Source: Octopus vulgaris (lineage: Eukaryota). From it: a stretch of 64,000 nt of DNA. The stretch is taken from contig OX597819.1 in assembly GCA_951406725.2 (NCBI GenBank), positions 35,216,001 through 35,280,000 on the forward strand, in the 5' to 3' direction. The position numbers and the translations under genes are program-made. Below the pieces are notes generated by a model that saw only the letters and a program-made list of their open reading frames with translations, did no database searches and had not been told where the DNA came from. This document shows, piece after piece, positions 11,542-26,167 of this stretch (positions are counted from its first letter, which is position 1; the number at the start of each line of letters is the position of its first letter).

Positions 11542-12934
11542 TAAGGGCAAGTCAAAATATATATGCACTCTTGCTTTTGTAATTTATTAAAACATAAGCA
11601 GAGATTGAACAATTACATCATTTTTTGGCATAGTTTCCTTGCTTTACGACACACTTCTTCCAGCAGTCCATAAGCTTGCTTATTTCATTGGAGAAGGAGG
11701 CTTATGGTTGGTTGCACAGTCATTTATGCATCACTTCCTGTGCTTCTTCATCCATACCAAATTGATGACCTCATAAAGGATGTTTGAGCAGTCTAACGAG
11801 ATGATAGTCAAAAGCAGTGAAACCTGGACTGCATACAGAGTGTTCCAGCAACTTGAAGCCCAATTTTTCATTGGTTTCAATGGAGTGGGCAGCCATATAT
11901 ATGAATGTGCATTGTCATGCTACAATAACACTTGATTTGACAACAGACCTCAGCATCTGGTGTAGATTGCTGGTTTCACTTTGTTGGTCATCATTTCACT
12001 GATGACTGTAGACCTCTTTTCTGGTATAGTCCCTTTTTCCTTTTCAAAAAATGGTTAGCATCACTTTTACTGCAGAAGGTTGAGTCTTGAATTTCTTTTT
12101 CACTCACGATTCCAGGCATTTCTGGCTCAGACTGATGGACTCAGGTCTCATCTTATTTTTTTACTACCCACAAGGGGCTAAACACAGAGAGGACAAACAA
12201 GGACAGACAAACGGATTAAGTCGATTATATCGACCCCAGTGCATAACTGGTACTTAATTTATCGACACCGAAAGGATGAAAGGCAAAGTCAACCTCGGCA
12301 GAATTTGAACTCTGAACATAGCGGCAGACGAAATACGGCTACGCATTTCGCCCGGCGTGCTAATGATTCTGCCGGCTCAGGTCTCATCTTCTGTGACTAT
12401 TGTCCCCAAAAAAGCTTTGCCTCCATCATTTACACTTATGTGCTTCTGTAAGCTCTCTTAGCACTCATCTTGTACGGACTTTACATCCTTGTTGTGGATG
12501 ATTTCATATGCAGCGGATATGCCGCCTCACCAATGGTCACTTGTTGGTTCACTAGAACCATCCTTCAAGCTTGTTGAATTTTCATGTCAGTGTTGAAAGT
12601 TGGTGGGCATCCTCTCAATCCACTCATACACATGCCTACACAGTAGGGCATTGTCTCCCTATTGTACTGAAAGCCTGTGATGTATTTCAGCCCCTGGCAC
12701 ACCTTCAGACTTAAAAAATCAGATCACTGATCTTTGTTCTTCCTTGGTGCATACTGCCAGTGGAGCAGCCATGATTACTCTTTTAATGCAAGAGAAAAAA
12801 TAACTGGAGTAATCAAGGCCAAACCTCTACCATGTAACCACAAAAGTACCGCCTTTTAGCATGCAAACATTGAAAGCGGTGCAGCCAACCTAAAGAAAGG
12901 TTTGGTGAAAGTGTGGATAACTTTTGATTCCCCC
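11542..12934 (-). mobile_element. Decayed near full-length mariner element with nested SINE
   Basis: Degenerate TIRs (AAGGGCAAGTCAAAA..TGCAC left; GTGTGGATAACTTTTGATTCCCC right); mariner-like coding remnants on the minus strand. Confidence 0.6.
12155..12375 (-). mobile_element. Young SINE (family A) with 15-bp TSD
   Basis: CTCAGGTCTCATCTT at 12140-12154 and 12376-12390; body shared with copies at 17382, 19362, 29563 and 30973. Confidence 0.9.
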
Positions 12935-13170
12935 ACCCCCAGTATATAGGGGAAGGCATGTGCTTTCTAACCACATTGTTCTGGGATTCAGTCCCATTGC
13001 ATAGCACCTTGGGCAGGTGTCTTCTATAACTATAGGCCACTCAAAGCTTTGTGAGTGGAGTTGGTAGAGAGAAACTGAAAGATGCCTGTCATATACACAT
13101 ATAAATATATATCTATATATATGTGTGTGTGTGTGTACAAACATTTGTGTAGAACATATATGTATATAAT

Positions 13171-13530
13171 AGGCACAGAAGTAGCTATGTAGTAAGAAGC
13201 TTGCTTCCCAACCACATGGTTCCAAGTTCAGTCCCACTGCATGGCACCTTGGGCAAGTGTCTTCTACTATAGCCTTGGGCTGACCAAAGCCTTGTGAGTA
13301 GATTTAGTAGATGGAAACTGAAAGAAGCATCATATATGTATTTGTGTGTCTGTGTTTGTCCCCCCACCATCACTTGACATCCGATGTTGGTGTGTTTATG
13401 TCCCCGTAAATTAGAGGTTCAGCAAAAATGACTGATGGAATAAGTACAAGGATAAGTCCTGGGGTCGATTTGTTCAACTAAAAGCAGTGCTCTAGCATGG
13501 CTACAGTCAGATGACTGAAACAAGTAAAAG
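13171..13530 (+). mobile_element. tRNA-derived CORE-type SINE (family B), representative copy
   Basis: GTTCAGTCCCACTGCATGGCACCTTGGGCAAGTGTCTTCTACTATAGCC; more than ten relatives, e.g. 2455, 12955, 24080, 27137, 30570, 50050. Confidence 0.8.
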
Positions 13531-15038
13531 AATATGTTTATACATGTGTGTGTGTGTGTATGTAATATATCCTTAAATATGCATAGCAATTAGCCTTAGT
13601 GACTCCTGTAGCAATTTGTTATTGTGATCTTCAAGGCAATTTGTCTTAGTAGCTTTCATGGAGATTTGTCTTAATGACTTTCACAGTGGTTAATCTTTGT
13701 GACCTTCATACCTTTGTGACCTTCATACCTTGCTGACCTTCATACCATTTCTAAATGAACAAGTGGAACAAATCAATTGATTTTTTTAACTAGGAATTGA
13801 ACCCATTTCACTAATCTGTCTCAGCGGGAATTTGCCTGTTGCTCTGCTGTGCCTGTCACTTTTGAATACATTGTACTACCATATATCTATCTAAATAATT
13901 CTCTCTCTCTCTCTCAATCTGCTATGCTTGCTTGAGAGCATTAGCAGTTGTGGAACTCCATGCCATAATCTGATTAGCTGTGATTTTTCTTGGGCAAGAT
14001 GCAGTAGTGGTTTCCTGATGCCTTTCGTCGGTCTGTTTAGAATTGACTCTGTTGTCTCTTGCTCTCTTGTGCTTACCCTTGAGGCATAGGGTCTACTTAA
14101 CCATTAGGCAAGGAGACTGGTTCACAGGACATCTGTGTATGTCCATACACTGGAGGGTTTGTGTGACACTGGTCTAGAAGTTGGTGGGGAAGATTTCCTT
14201 GAGCCTTGCATGTCTTAACCACAGGACAATCTTCTGCTATTTGACCTAGAGCTAAGGCCTTTGATGGGTACTGTCACTCCAAGTCAGAGTTGACCTGGAC
14301 TTGTCATGACTAAAGGGTAATTCTATTCTTTCCAACCTGGATCCTTACTACTGAAAGCAGTTTAATGTCTTGTCCACTAGAAATATATGACCCACTTGTT
14401 AAAGGAAATTACAATGTATTAGTGCTTTGCCATGCAAATATTGTCTCTACTTATCCATTCTAGAAGCAACAGTAACTTTTTCAACTACTTTATTTGTAGG
14501 TGGTATTAATTGCTCATAGCTGAAATTTCTAGCACAACCAGTACGTCAACAGAGATGAAGCAGAACTGGCATGTGAAGTGAATTTAATGAACCATTCTTT
14601 CAGTATAATACTTATTAAGAATTGGTCTGCTGTTAAATCTGCAGGGTAACTTATATAAGGAAGACAGTGAATGATATGCTTGAAAAATGTACTGTAAAAA
14701 GTAAACTATAAAGATTTCCCCTTCCATTTTACAAATAAAATAATTTCTGATAAACTTTAATATGTCTATCATAGTACTTGTGTATGTGTGTTTGTGTGTG
14801 GTGCGTGTGTGTGCATGCACTCACTCAATCTAGCTACTGTGTCATTTTGTCGTTGGGCAACACAGAAATCTAATCTTCTGGTAAAGTTCATTAATGAATA
14901 TAGATGAGGTGAAAATATCATTCTAAAACAAATCAAAAATATGTTGCCATGATTAAATTTACAAGTATATATTTTAAATTTACCAAGAATTTTTGTCATT
15001 GAAATAATCCCAAGCTATGATATGTCATCATACATGTG

Positions 15039-15095
<57 letters not shown>

Positions 15096-15195
15096 TATGT
15101 GTATATGACAGATATATGTTTGATTATAAAAGACAATTTGTAAGAGAAGGTATCATACATCTGATAGTTAAAAAATATACAGTGTGATTTAGAAG

Positions 15196-15473
15196 TCCTT
15201 TTAGCAAAGTGGGCAGTATTGCTCCCTTGGGGGCGGTGGAAAGATCCAGGGGGTGTTGAAGAAAAGTGGGATAATAATGGGGTGGCCAACATGGGGTGAT
15301 AGATGTAAAAAAAAAAAAAATAGGTTAATTAGGTTTAAGTTTTATTTGTGAAATACAGTTGTTTTGAATTTGCTGCAGAAAGTGGTCTATATTTGTGGTG
15401 GGGAGGCAGGGGCTCCAGGAATGTGGTCTGAGTGCCAAGGGGGCAGCAGCCTGAAAAAGTTTGGAAATTACTG
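15196..15473. mobile_element. hAT-like MITE remnant
   Basis: CAAAGTGGGCAGTATTGCTCCCTTGGGGGCGG start and GAAAAAGTTTGGAAATTACTG end resemble hAT/Charlie MITE termini. Confidence 0.5.
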
Positions 15474-16551
15474 CTTCAGTATATAAACGATATATTAAAA
15501 ATTTAATTTTTTATTTTGTTAGAATTTTGATTTTATACATTTTTGATACTCTCTTGATTGTTTTGTCATGAATATTCTTTGGTATATGTATGTATTATAT
15601 TATATATTTTAGAAAAGAGAATATTTATTATTCTAAGACACATAATATAATTGTAGTTCAAACAGCTGGCAGCATGAATAGCAAGGGTGTAGACTAGTTA
15701 TCCTGGAATTCTTGAGCTCTGACAGTGTGTGTAGAGGGCTAGGAAAGTCCAATTTACCTCAGTTGTTAGCTGGTTTATAAATATACTAAAGGAACTTTCG
15801 AATCATCCTGTATTTTATATTCTATATTACATTGGTTCGTTATTTTCTTTCCTTTAATTATCAACTGGTTACTAGGAAATTTTGAAATCAGGTAACAGTT
15901 GTATATATATATTTATAGATATATATCTTATACCACAATTTATTGATTCAGTTGTCTTTATTAAAATGATGTAAGAAATATCTAAGCCTTTTACTATAAT
16001 ATTTCCTCTTCTTTTTATGATAAAAAGAATTATTTTGGTGAATGATTGAATTCATATGAAATGGAATGTAATATATTACTATGTGAAGGAATATGGTTGA
16101 CAGAAATTGAAAGAAACCCATTGCATGCACACACACACATACCATCACCATTCAACATCATCACTATATGCATCATCATCATCACCATAAAACATCCATT
16201 CTCCATGCTGGCATGGGTTGGATGACTCAATAGTAGCTGGTGAGCTACTCCACTGTCTCTGGATGCCCTTACTAATGCCAACCCCTTTACAGAATGTACT
16301 TGGTGCTTTTTACATGCATGTATTTGTCTCTTTGTGTGCTGAGCTATGAGTTTAGATGGTGACATCACTGTTAGTGCTTGAGCTGCAGCTGGTGATATTT
16401 GTTAACATTTTCTGTCAAAATATTGCTAGTTCTGTACTTTTGGATTCCTCTGGAAAAACAGAGTAAGTGTTGGTGACAAGAAGTGCTTCAATTCCCTCCC
16501 ATTTGAGCTGTGGATAACAAGTAAAGATAATGAATAAGCAATAAAGCACTT

Positions 16552-16865
16552 CTTCTTCTTCTTCTTCTTCTTTGCCCCTTGTGGAGCATAGGACTGGTTT
16601 CCCAGTTTCCTTGGTGTATAGGTTCCCCAGCTGGAAGGGACGCCGGTCCGTCGCAGGTGAGCTGCAAGATGCAGGAGGAAAGCACGAGAGAAAGTTGTGG
16701 CGAAAGAGTCAGCAGAAGTTCGCCATTACCTTCTGCCGGAGCCGCGTGGAGCTTAGGTGTTTAGCTCATAAACACACACACATACATTGCCCAGTCTGAG
16801 ATTCGAACCCGCGATCCCTCACCGCGAATCCGCTGCTCTAACCACTAGGCCATGTGCCTCCACAC
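16552..16865 (-). mobile_element. tRNA-derived SINE (family D) with (AAG)n tail and 10-bp TSD
   Basis: TAAAGCACTT at 16542-16551 and 16866-16875; head TGTGGAGGCACATGGCCTAGTGGTTAGAGC..GGTTCGAATC. Confidence 0.85.
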
Positions 16866-17381
16866 TAAAGCACTTAAATACAGTTAAATAACATTTTGGT
16901 AATAAATTAGTGATTTTACAATTCATAGCGAACTGAAATATGCTGACATTTTATTTCACTAGCATTAAGTGAAGTGAATATTTGTGATAACTCTATTTTT
17001 GTAGATTATCTAATTGTTTACTCAACTTTCTAGCTGATATAGGGTACAATCAAATATCAAAATGACAAGCATTGTTCTTTATGCGTCTTTCCTTGTCTTC
17101 ATGTAGCAAAGAATATTTTGAACTGGTCTGAGGAATTCATTGTGGTCATAGATAATATTCAGGATTTCAATAGATTCACTTTCTTTTCTTGTTGTCTGTT
17201 AGTTAAAGACAAAAATACAAATATGGCCACAGTCATAAGTTTGATTTTACTTTGCAGCACCTTAGGCATCTGACTTCTGCCATAACTTTCAGATGATCAA
17301 TATGTGAATAGAATTTAGTTGATGGACGCTATGTAGAAGCCCACTGCATGCACGTGTACACACACACACACACACACATAC

Positions 17382-17608
17382 CTATTTCTTTACTACCCAC
17401 AAGGGGCTAAACACAGAGGGGACAAACAACGACAGACAAACGGATTAAGTCGATTACATCGACCCCAGTATGTAACTGGTACTTAATTTATCAACCCCCA
17501 AAAGGATGAAAGGCAAAGTCGACCTCGGCAGAATTTGAACTCGGAATGTAATGGCAGGCGAAATGCCGCTAAGCATTTCGCCCAGCGTACTTAATGTTTC
17601 TGCCAGCA
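17382..17608 (-). mobile_element. SINE family A
   Basis: High identity to 12155-12375. Confidence 0.85.
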
Positions 17609-18709
17609 TACCACCAGCACCACCACCATCATCTTCATCTTTTATGTCAGTCCTCGATGCTGGCGTATGTTGGCTCGTTTGACAGTAGTTGACAAGCCAG
17701 AGGACTGTATCAAGCTCCACTGTCTGTTTTGGTATGGTTCCTACAGCTGGATGCCTTTTCTAATGCCAACCACTTTACAGTGTTTACCAGATGTTTTCTT
17801 TTAATTATTTTATTTTTTTTTATATTTGTGGAGTTGCCAACTAACTTGCAAGACAGGAAAGAAAAGGAAAAAGTTTTCACAACTAAGTGATGGTGGGGTA
17901 TTTCAGGGGCGAGGAAGAGGTGATTTTGTGCCAGGGATATAGCAAAGATACATGACTAACCTGCATTTATATAAGGGTTGGTTAGGACATCTAGGAAAGT
18001 AAGATGGTAATGTTGGGTGCTGGTGCAAAACCCTTAAGAAGCAAGGAATAGTACAGGTAGTGGATCAGGAAGGGGGATGGTGGTCGTAAGAGTGTGAGAC
18101 AAGAACCAGATGGTTAGAGATGGGGATAGAGGTGAATGTAGAGAGTGATGAACAGGTAGATGTGGGTGGGGGATTAAGCCGAGAGGGATAGGAATGGCTT
18201 AGGGATGACAATTCAAGGAGTTGATGAGGAACAAGACAGGAGCAATGGGCAGTAAACATCAGAGAGTGCTGAGAATGATAGCTGATATGCAAGGTGGGAG
18301 AGGAGCTGGAGGCACATGGAAGGCATGATCATGAGAAGGAAGGAAGGAAGGAAGGCAGTAACTGGTAGTGCAAAGTGTTAGGGGGTATGTCAGGAGACAT
18401 AGATGCTGAGGGGAAGGAGGGTATGGAGATGAGATGTCAGGAATGCTTGACAGGGCATTGCAATAAGTGTGTGGGGGATGCTTGGTGGGACATGGGCAAA
18501 TGTCATTTTTATAGTTTAACTTTGATCCCTACATTGTGAGTGATTTAAGATAGACAGAAGCTACATCGAAGGCCATCAGATGGTGTGTATCTGTAATTCA
18601 AAGGTACAGCTTTGTCACACAAATTATCCTGTTAATTCTTTCTGAGAATTATATTGAAAGTACATGAGTCTGTAGGATGCTCAGCCATGTATATGTTAAT
18701 TCATATATT

Positions 18710-18739
<30 letters not shown>

Positions 18740-18740
<1 letters not shown>

Positions 18741-18900
18741 AGGGAAAGTTTACGAAAATAAACAAAAGACGAAGGCAGGTGGTGTACAAACAAGCAGATG
18801 TATTAGTATAGCGCTCAGGAATAGAAAAAGTCTTTTATGTTTCGAGCCTATGCTCTTCTACAGAAAGGTACACAGAAAAAACAAGGAGAGAAAAAAAATG
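18740..18900 (-). mobile_element. PLE pLTR-like remnant with degenerate minimal hammerhead at 18832-18867
   Basis: Minus CUUU-CUGUAGA-A-GAGC-AUAG-GCUC-GAAA-CAUA-AAAG; adjacent to (TA)n. Confidence 0.5.
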
Positions 18901-19361
18901 TGTGTAAACAAAGATGTCCAGATATAAGTGCATTACGGCCATTTCAAGTGGCTCAATTTAACCGATCGGTGCAAACATTACATCAATTTGAAATAAACCA
19001 CTCTCCTCGGAAGCATACGACCATATAGATTTCCAACATACAGGATACTCCATTATAATTTCTTAGCAAATTTTTCATGAGTCCTAAAGACTAAAACTCT
19101 TCTTTTTGCTATTATTGTAGCAGAATAAATTTAGGGAAAAAATACCTAAAACCTAATGTTTGCATTGATTGATTAAATGGAGCTGCTTGAAACAGCCATA
19201 ATGCACTGATACCTGGACATCCTTGTTACTTATTTGCTTTTATTCATCCAACTTCAAGCTTTTTTGTTTATGTTAGTAATTATTATTATTATTATTATTA
19301 TTTAGGTTTAAATTCCTTTGAATCTTAGATAGATATGGATGGATGGAGAGCTGGCAGATTA

Positions 19362-19592
19362 AGGCGGAGAGCTGGCAGAAACGTTAGCACGCCGGGCGAA
19401 ATGCTTAGCGGTATTTCGTCTGCCGGTACATTCTGAGTTCAAATTCCACCAAAGTTGACTTTGCCTTTCATCCTTTCGGGTTTGATAAATTAAGTACCAG
19501 TTATGCACTGGGGTCGATGTAATCGACTTAATCCGTTTGTCTGTCCTTGTTTGTCCTCTCTGTGTTTAGCCCCTTGTGGGTAGTAAAGAAAG
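19362..19592 (+). mobile_element. SINE family A
   Basis: AGGCGGAGAGCTGGCAGAAACGTTAGCACGCCGGGCG..TTTGCCTTTCATCCTTTCGGG..GCCCCTTGTGGGTAGTAAAG. Confidence 0.85.
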
Positions 19593-22053
19593 AGGATGGA
19601 GGGATGGATGGATGGTTGGTTGGTTGTTTGGTTGGTTGGTTCTCTTGTCATTGTTGTGAGAATTCAGTTGTTCAGTTGACTGAATTAGATCATTAAGATC
19701 ATTAAGTTGTTACTCAAAGAATCATTAGCAATAATTTTTCAAAGAACATTTTGGTAATAAAAGTCTCCAAAAATCACAAAAATTCAGCAACATCTGAGTC
19801 AGTGTCAGGAATGTTACAAAAATAAGTGATACTGAAGAAGGTTAAAGTTTTCCCCTTTAGATAAGAGAATTCATAACTTTCTTACAAATGAATGTAAATA
19901 AGGTCATCAATTCATTTGTGCAATTTCAGATGGTATAGGGTTGACAACTGCAGCTTTTGTGGATCCTTGTTACAAAGGATGTTAAAAGTTAATGAAGATA
20001 GGAGGGAGAGTGGAATACAGAGACTTCATATGAACATAATTGTTGGGAAAAACATAAATGTAGATATTGTATATACCAGTTGCCAGTCAGTTTGGTCTTT
20101 TGTCATTTCCTCCATGAGATGTAGGATCTCTAGGTTGGCCTTTCCCACTTTGTCTCAAATATTCCTTAGCTGCTCTCTTTGACAGGTTTCACTTATTTGG
20201 AGCGCTGTGTGGTTAAGAAGTTTACTTTGCAACCACATGATCTGAGGTTCAATTTGACTGCATGATACCTTGTACAAGAGCCCTCTACTGTAGCCTTGGA
20301 CTGTCCAGTGCCTTGTGAGTGGTGGCATTATGTCATGCTTGAGAAAACCCATCAAACCAAGCAAAATCGCAGTTGTGGCAAATATTGGTGTCACACAAAT
20401 TGGCACCCGTGCCAGTGCACATAAAAGCACCCATTACACTTTGGAGTGGTTGGCATCAAGAAGGGCATCCAGCTTTAGAAAACCATGCTAAATCAGACTG
20501 GAATCTGGTGCAGCATGCCAACCCAGTCAAACCATCCAACCCATGCCAGCATGGACAATGGATGTTAAATGATGATGAACTGTGTGGGGGTTGCTTCTTT
20601 CCTGTCTTGCAAGTTACTTGGCAAGCCAGGTAGTGGCCGGTGATATGAAAAAGGCACTCAGTACACACTGTAAGGTGATTGGTGTTAGGAAGGGCATCCA
20701 GCCATAGAAATCATGCCAAAACTGACCTGGTTTACAATACTGTCCTGTGGCTCACCAGATCCTGTCAAACCATTCAATCCAGACCAGCAAGGAAAGTGGA
20801 CATTAAATGTTGATGAGATATACACACATGTATGTATATGTGCTTGTGTTTGTGTGTATGCATGCGTTCATATACATTTCTGCCTTTACATTTGACTGCT
20901 TTGAGAAAATGGTGTCTGTGATTATGTCTCGTTAACTTGGAGTGTGATAAATAGAAACTGCTAAAAGAAGTTCTGAAGTCAGTACAGTTGATTTAAAACT
21001 CCTCAATCTATTATCCCAGTATGGCTGTAGTTTAGTGTAGAAAGTAATTATGAAGGCATTGATAAGTATGTGTGACTGTGTGACAAGAAGTTTATTTTCA
21101 ACCACATAGTCTGGGCAAGTATTTTCTACTGTAACTCCAAGCTGGCCAGTAAGTGAATTTGGTAGATGGAAGGTGAAAGAAACATGCCATATATATGTGT
21201 ATGTATGTATGTATGTGTGTGTGTGTGTGTATATATATGTGTGTGTGTGTGTACATTCAAAAAACAGAAAAAAGAAACAAACAAATGGAGAAAGAAGAGT
21301 GTTGTTTTACATTTTGTGCATAGCTCTTCATTGGAAACAAGAATGTCCAACGGGAAAGAAGGAAGGAGGAGGGAAAATCGCCAGCAGTTCACACTGCGGT
21401 TACATTTCTGAAGTGACCAGAAGTAGAAGGAGGAAGAGAAAGTGCTTTCTGGGACAGAAAAGTGGGGGTGGGGGGTAGCACGCGTGTGTGTGTGGCAGTA
21501 ACTGTGTGCATGTGGTGGTAACTGTGTGTGGTAGGATCTGTGTGCGTGCGTGTTGATATTGCTCTGGGAGGTCAGCAGCTATAGCGACAGGTATGTGAAT
21601 GGGTGGGTGTTTGCATGTGTGCGTTTACCTGTGCTTGTATGTGTTACTGTCTCCTTGTTTGGAATTTATTTGATATTTGTAAATGAATGTCACCATCCTG
21701 CATATGTTGTACTTCGTTTCCAATCTTATGAAACCATGCCTGGTCCTGGGGAATATTACTTTCTTTTGAAACAGGTAAGTGTTGGGGACAGGAAGAGCAT
21801 CCAGCTGTAGAAAATTTTCCTTCAACAAATTCTGTCTGACCTATGCAAGCATGGAAAAGTAGAGGTTAAAACAAATGTAGTTGTGTGTTAGATGATGCAC
21901 AGTAATGTTGAGTTCATATCCTGGCAGCAAAAACATACGACTCTTACCAAAGCAACATCTGTTGTACCAAATCTTTTAAAAATACTAGTAGACTTCTTCT
22001 TTAGGCATTTTCTGTAGTGGCTGCTTTATTTCTCTGTTGTTTTCCATTACCAG

Positions 22054-22154
22054 GTATCTGGAATATTGCTGTCTTTGCTAATAGTTCTGACAATTCACCT
22101 ACCCTTCATCTACATTTGAGCCACTCTCCTTACAGTTGCTGTCCCAACTCGAAG
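22054..22154 (+). CDS. Candidate 101-nt exon B
   Basis: Long pyrimidine tract ending cag; AAG|gtcaga donor; open in phase 1 (GIWNIAVF..CCPNSK) or reads RYLEYCCLC* in phase 2. Confidence 0.4.
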
Positions 22155-23004
22155 GTCAGATTAATTTAGAATTAAAGCATTTTGATATTGTCTTTACTCA
22201 TATTCCTTACCATTCCATTTTCCGTTCATAATTTGCACCAAATTGTATTAGTTTAATTTTAGATTCTATTTCAAATGTGTTGTGGTTTTTGTCAGTTTCA
22301 ACTTAGTTGATTCAATTTAAGTCCTAATGTATATCTGTACTACATTCTGTACAGATTGTTAAGATTAAAGAACAATATTTAAAATTATTTTCGGTAATTA
22401 GTCTGTCCTCCTCATGCATTCTGACCTATGTATATATACACACGCACACACACACTCAAAAGTAGAAACTGAAAGAAGCCCATTATAAATATGCGTGTGC
22501 ATCTGTCTCCTTGCCTTCACATTGCATGATATTTGTAAACAAGTGTCACTACCATGTCATTAGTAACCTCCATTTCCAGTATTCTGAGCAAACTTGTATG
22601 GCCATGGGGTAATATTTCCTTGGTTGAAAGCAGGTGATGGCTGGTGACAGGAGGGGCATCTGGCCATAGAAAATCCATCACAATGATGTCCATCCAATCC
22701 ATGCAAGCATGGAAAACTGGACACTAAAAACAATGATATATTAGCTCAACATGGCTGAATAATTAAGCAGTTTTCTTTGTAATCATGAGGTCCTGAGTTC
22801 AATCCCATTTGTGTGGCAAGTTGGGCAAATGCGTTTTACTTTACTTTTGGGTTGGCCTAAACCTTGTGAGTGAAGCTTGGAAAATGGAAACTGTGTGGAA
22901 GCTTGTTGGATGGATTGTGTTCGAAATTCAAAGGTTACACTCTGTTAAGCATACATGTGTCTTTGGAATACTCAGCCGGTTACTAATTCTATGACCAAGC
23001 TGTT

Positions 23005-23416
23005 CGGTTGTTCAAAACATCTGAACAACTTAATCATTGAAGCTAATGGAGATCCGTTTCCTTGTCTAATATTGTTTCGGTTTAGCTCCTGGTTAGCACT
23101 GATTGAATAGAACTTATGAGCAAAGATGATCTTGTCTTTGTGTGTGTGTATAATATATGTATATATAAAGACTACTATGTCTACTGTGTCCATCATTTTA
23201 TTAAGATGATAAGGTGTGATTTGAAGGAATTCGGCTGCTACTTCCTGTTGGTGACCATACAAAGCAAGTTGTTCAAATGACTAAATATTTATCATTGAAA
23301 TTAATGGAGATCCATTTTCCTATATGATATTATTGTTATTGTTTAGCCTTTGATCAACGCTGATTGAAAAAAAACCTATCAGCAAAGATGATTTCGTCTT
23401 TGTGTGTGTGCGCATG

Positions 23417-23448
<32 letters not shown>

Positions 23449-23718
23449 CCAAAAGGATATGTTATAACACTATTCCACATATATAAAAACAGCCATACCA
23501 ACAATCCAACATACCTCCATCATCAGCTGTCCCACCGATATCATTATGGTTTTGACACCTGGACAGTACCATTCAATTCAGCAGTGTGAACAGCACTAAA
23601 AGAAGTGTTGTTTGGGAACAAACATACCAAAAAAAAAAAAAGTCCACCCTTTTAAGACAATAGAGTGTGATTTGGGGGAATTTGACTGCTATTTCCTGTT
23701 GGGTGACTATACAAAGCA
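23005..23718. repeat. Old local tandem duplication of a composite repeat
   Basis: ~23005-23150 resembles ~23266-23410, and ~23180-23265 resembles ~23643-23718. Confidence 0.7.
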
Positions 23719-25449
23719 GGCACAGGCAACCTTTTATGAGAAGCAGCCCACATAAAATATGGCTCATCATCAGACAAACCACACCGTAAAGATTCAAGGT
23801 AATATTTTTATTAGGCATGCCATTCAGGAAGTTCCATAGTCTACAGTTCACCAATGACTGATATAGAGGCTCCTTCATCAATGTCATTTACTTGGTATTC
23901 TTTAGGCTTGTACTCAGGAACAAAATCTTCTAAGCTGACCAGTTTATAAGCTTTCATTTGTCTGTTATCACTTGAAATATGCATACAAAGACCTATCAGT
24001 GAATTCTATATTGAAGCATTTCATCATTTCATCTTTGATTTAAAGTTATTCCCATGAGTGATGCCTTCAACTGAAATGGTGCACACATGGCTCTGTGGTT
24101 GAGCAGTTTGCTTCCCAACCATGTGGTCCTGGGTTCAGTCCCACTTTGTGGTACCTTAGGTAAGTGCCTTCTGCTTTGGACCAGGGTTGGCGAATGCCTT
24201 GTTACTGAATTTGATAGAAGTTGAAAGAAGCCTGTCATTTATATATATGTATATATTTGTGTGTGTATTATGTTTATCCTCCACCCTCACTTGGCAACCA
24301 GTGTTGGTTTGTTTACATTCCTGTAACTTAGTGGTTCAGCGAAGGAGGGCGATAAAATAAGTTCTAGACATAAAAATTTAGTACTGGGGTTGAGTTGTTT
24401 TATTAAGCCCTTCAAGGTGGTGTCCACATATAAGTAAAAGAATTAAAACAAAAATCTATAGATTTAAAAGAATTGCTTCTCTGTTACTGTTATGGAGTTG
24501 TTCATGTTATCAGTTGAGTAATCTGCCACCTGAAAGAGAGGTGGGATCTGTTGTTGAGGTAAGGAATGTGTGTTTGAGAGAAAGAGAGAGGGAAAATGAG
24601 GGAGATAGAGAAAACTTGATAAACGATATACACATACACAACACCGTATGTATGTATGTATGTATGTATGTATGTACGTACGTACGTACACACACATGAG
24701 AGATGTGGTGCCTTTGGCAAGTGACTTCTCCTATAGCCTCAGCCAAACCCTTCTGGATGGAAGCCGAAAAAAGCCTGTTGTGTATATATATATATATGTG
24801 TGTGTGTGTGTTTCTTTCTGTGTTTGCCCCCCCCCCCCATCATCACTTGACAACCAATGTTTATGACCCTGTAACGTAGCTGTTCAGCAGAAGTGGCTGA
24901 TAGAATAAGAGAAAATAAGTCCTGGGGGGTTGATTAATTTGCCAAAAAAATTTTTCAAGGTAGTGCCCAAGCATGGCCGCAGTCTCATGACTGAAACAAG
25001 TGAAGTTAAAAGATATATATGAAGAGAGATGGGGGTGGATGGAAGTTGCTATGTAAACATTGAGAGAAATGGATGTATAATGAGACACCTGCATATACAT
25101 TTATTTATATACAGAACATCATCATTGTCAGTTTTAATGTCCTCTTTTCTTTGCCTGCATGAGTTAGACAAAACATACAGAGCTACACACATACTGTAAA
25201 ATCGAAAGGAAACATTTCAGAATGCAGTCCCTGATGTGCTAAAAGACAAATAGTTACAACTAGAAGGCTTTCATCATAAATCTGCTCAATCCTGTCTGAT
25301 TTGGGGTCAAACAGCAACTACAGTTTCCAGCCAGTTAGAAATCCTCTACCTCTGTAATTCTCAACCTTTTTCCTGTCAGTCATCCCTTTTTCTAGTGCAG
25401 TTTGCAATTTGCCTGCCCATGCTCACTTCCTTTGCAAAAATTGCATTAA

Positions 25450-25669
25450 CCCTTTAGCTTTCAGATTTCTTTCTCAAATATATTGTTTATTTATTCATAT
25501 TGATTCGAATTAATGATGCATTATCTTATAGCTTCAAGATTTCAATGTTATGTTTTTACATTTTTAGAATGACATTGTAGGGTAGGTGTGAATGGTTGGA
25601 TCTGGTCAGTTTTAACATGAAACATGCTGAATATTTAGGCTGGATACGGCCAGATTAAATACTAAAGGG
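25450..25669 (-). mobile_element. piggyBac-type MITE, inverted copy of 1180-1401
   Basis: TTAA flanks, CCCTTTAG TIR, homologous interior. Confidence 0.8.
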
Positions 25670-26167
25670 TTAAACATTCTCCACATACCAAAATCCAGGT
25701 CACTACCAAGATACTATCTTTTACGTAGTGTGTTAGCACTAGTCTTATATATTAAAATATCACTAATTATGCCAGTTGTTTGTTTGTTTTTTTCTCATTC
25801 AACTCTTTATATATCAGTTTGGTTATTAAAACACTTTTAATTTCATTCTTGCACTTATTGTTTTCATTTTAGTTCTGTTCAACACTGTACAAGAGCTTAA
25901 ATTGTGCATTAAATATCTATATTTTCTTGAAATGTTAACTGGTATATTGACTTGTCTATGTAAAATTAATAACCCTATTGCTTCTGATTTTTGAAATGAA
26001 AATTTGATTAATCTGACCGAGCACATTGTTGTACGCTCTATTTCCTGTGAAAATATTCTATCACATCTGTACACAGCTACATGTGATCTATAAATTATTT
26101 TTTAATATCCATTCATTCATCTTCTCTTGCCACCATCTCCATAGGGTCCTATCAGAAGCAACTGTGA

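Noticed and set aside
19916-20182. Acceptor-like tttcag at 19929 followed by an 88-aa ORF
   Set aside because: No convincing donor or homology; probably decayed repeat, though not fully excluded as an exon
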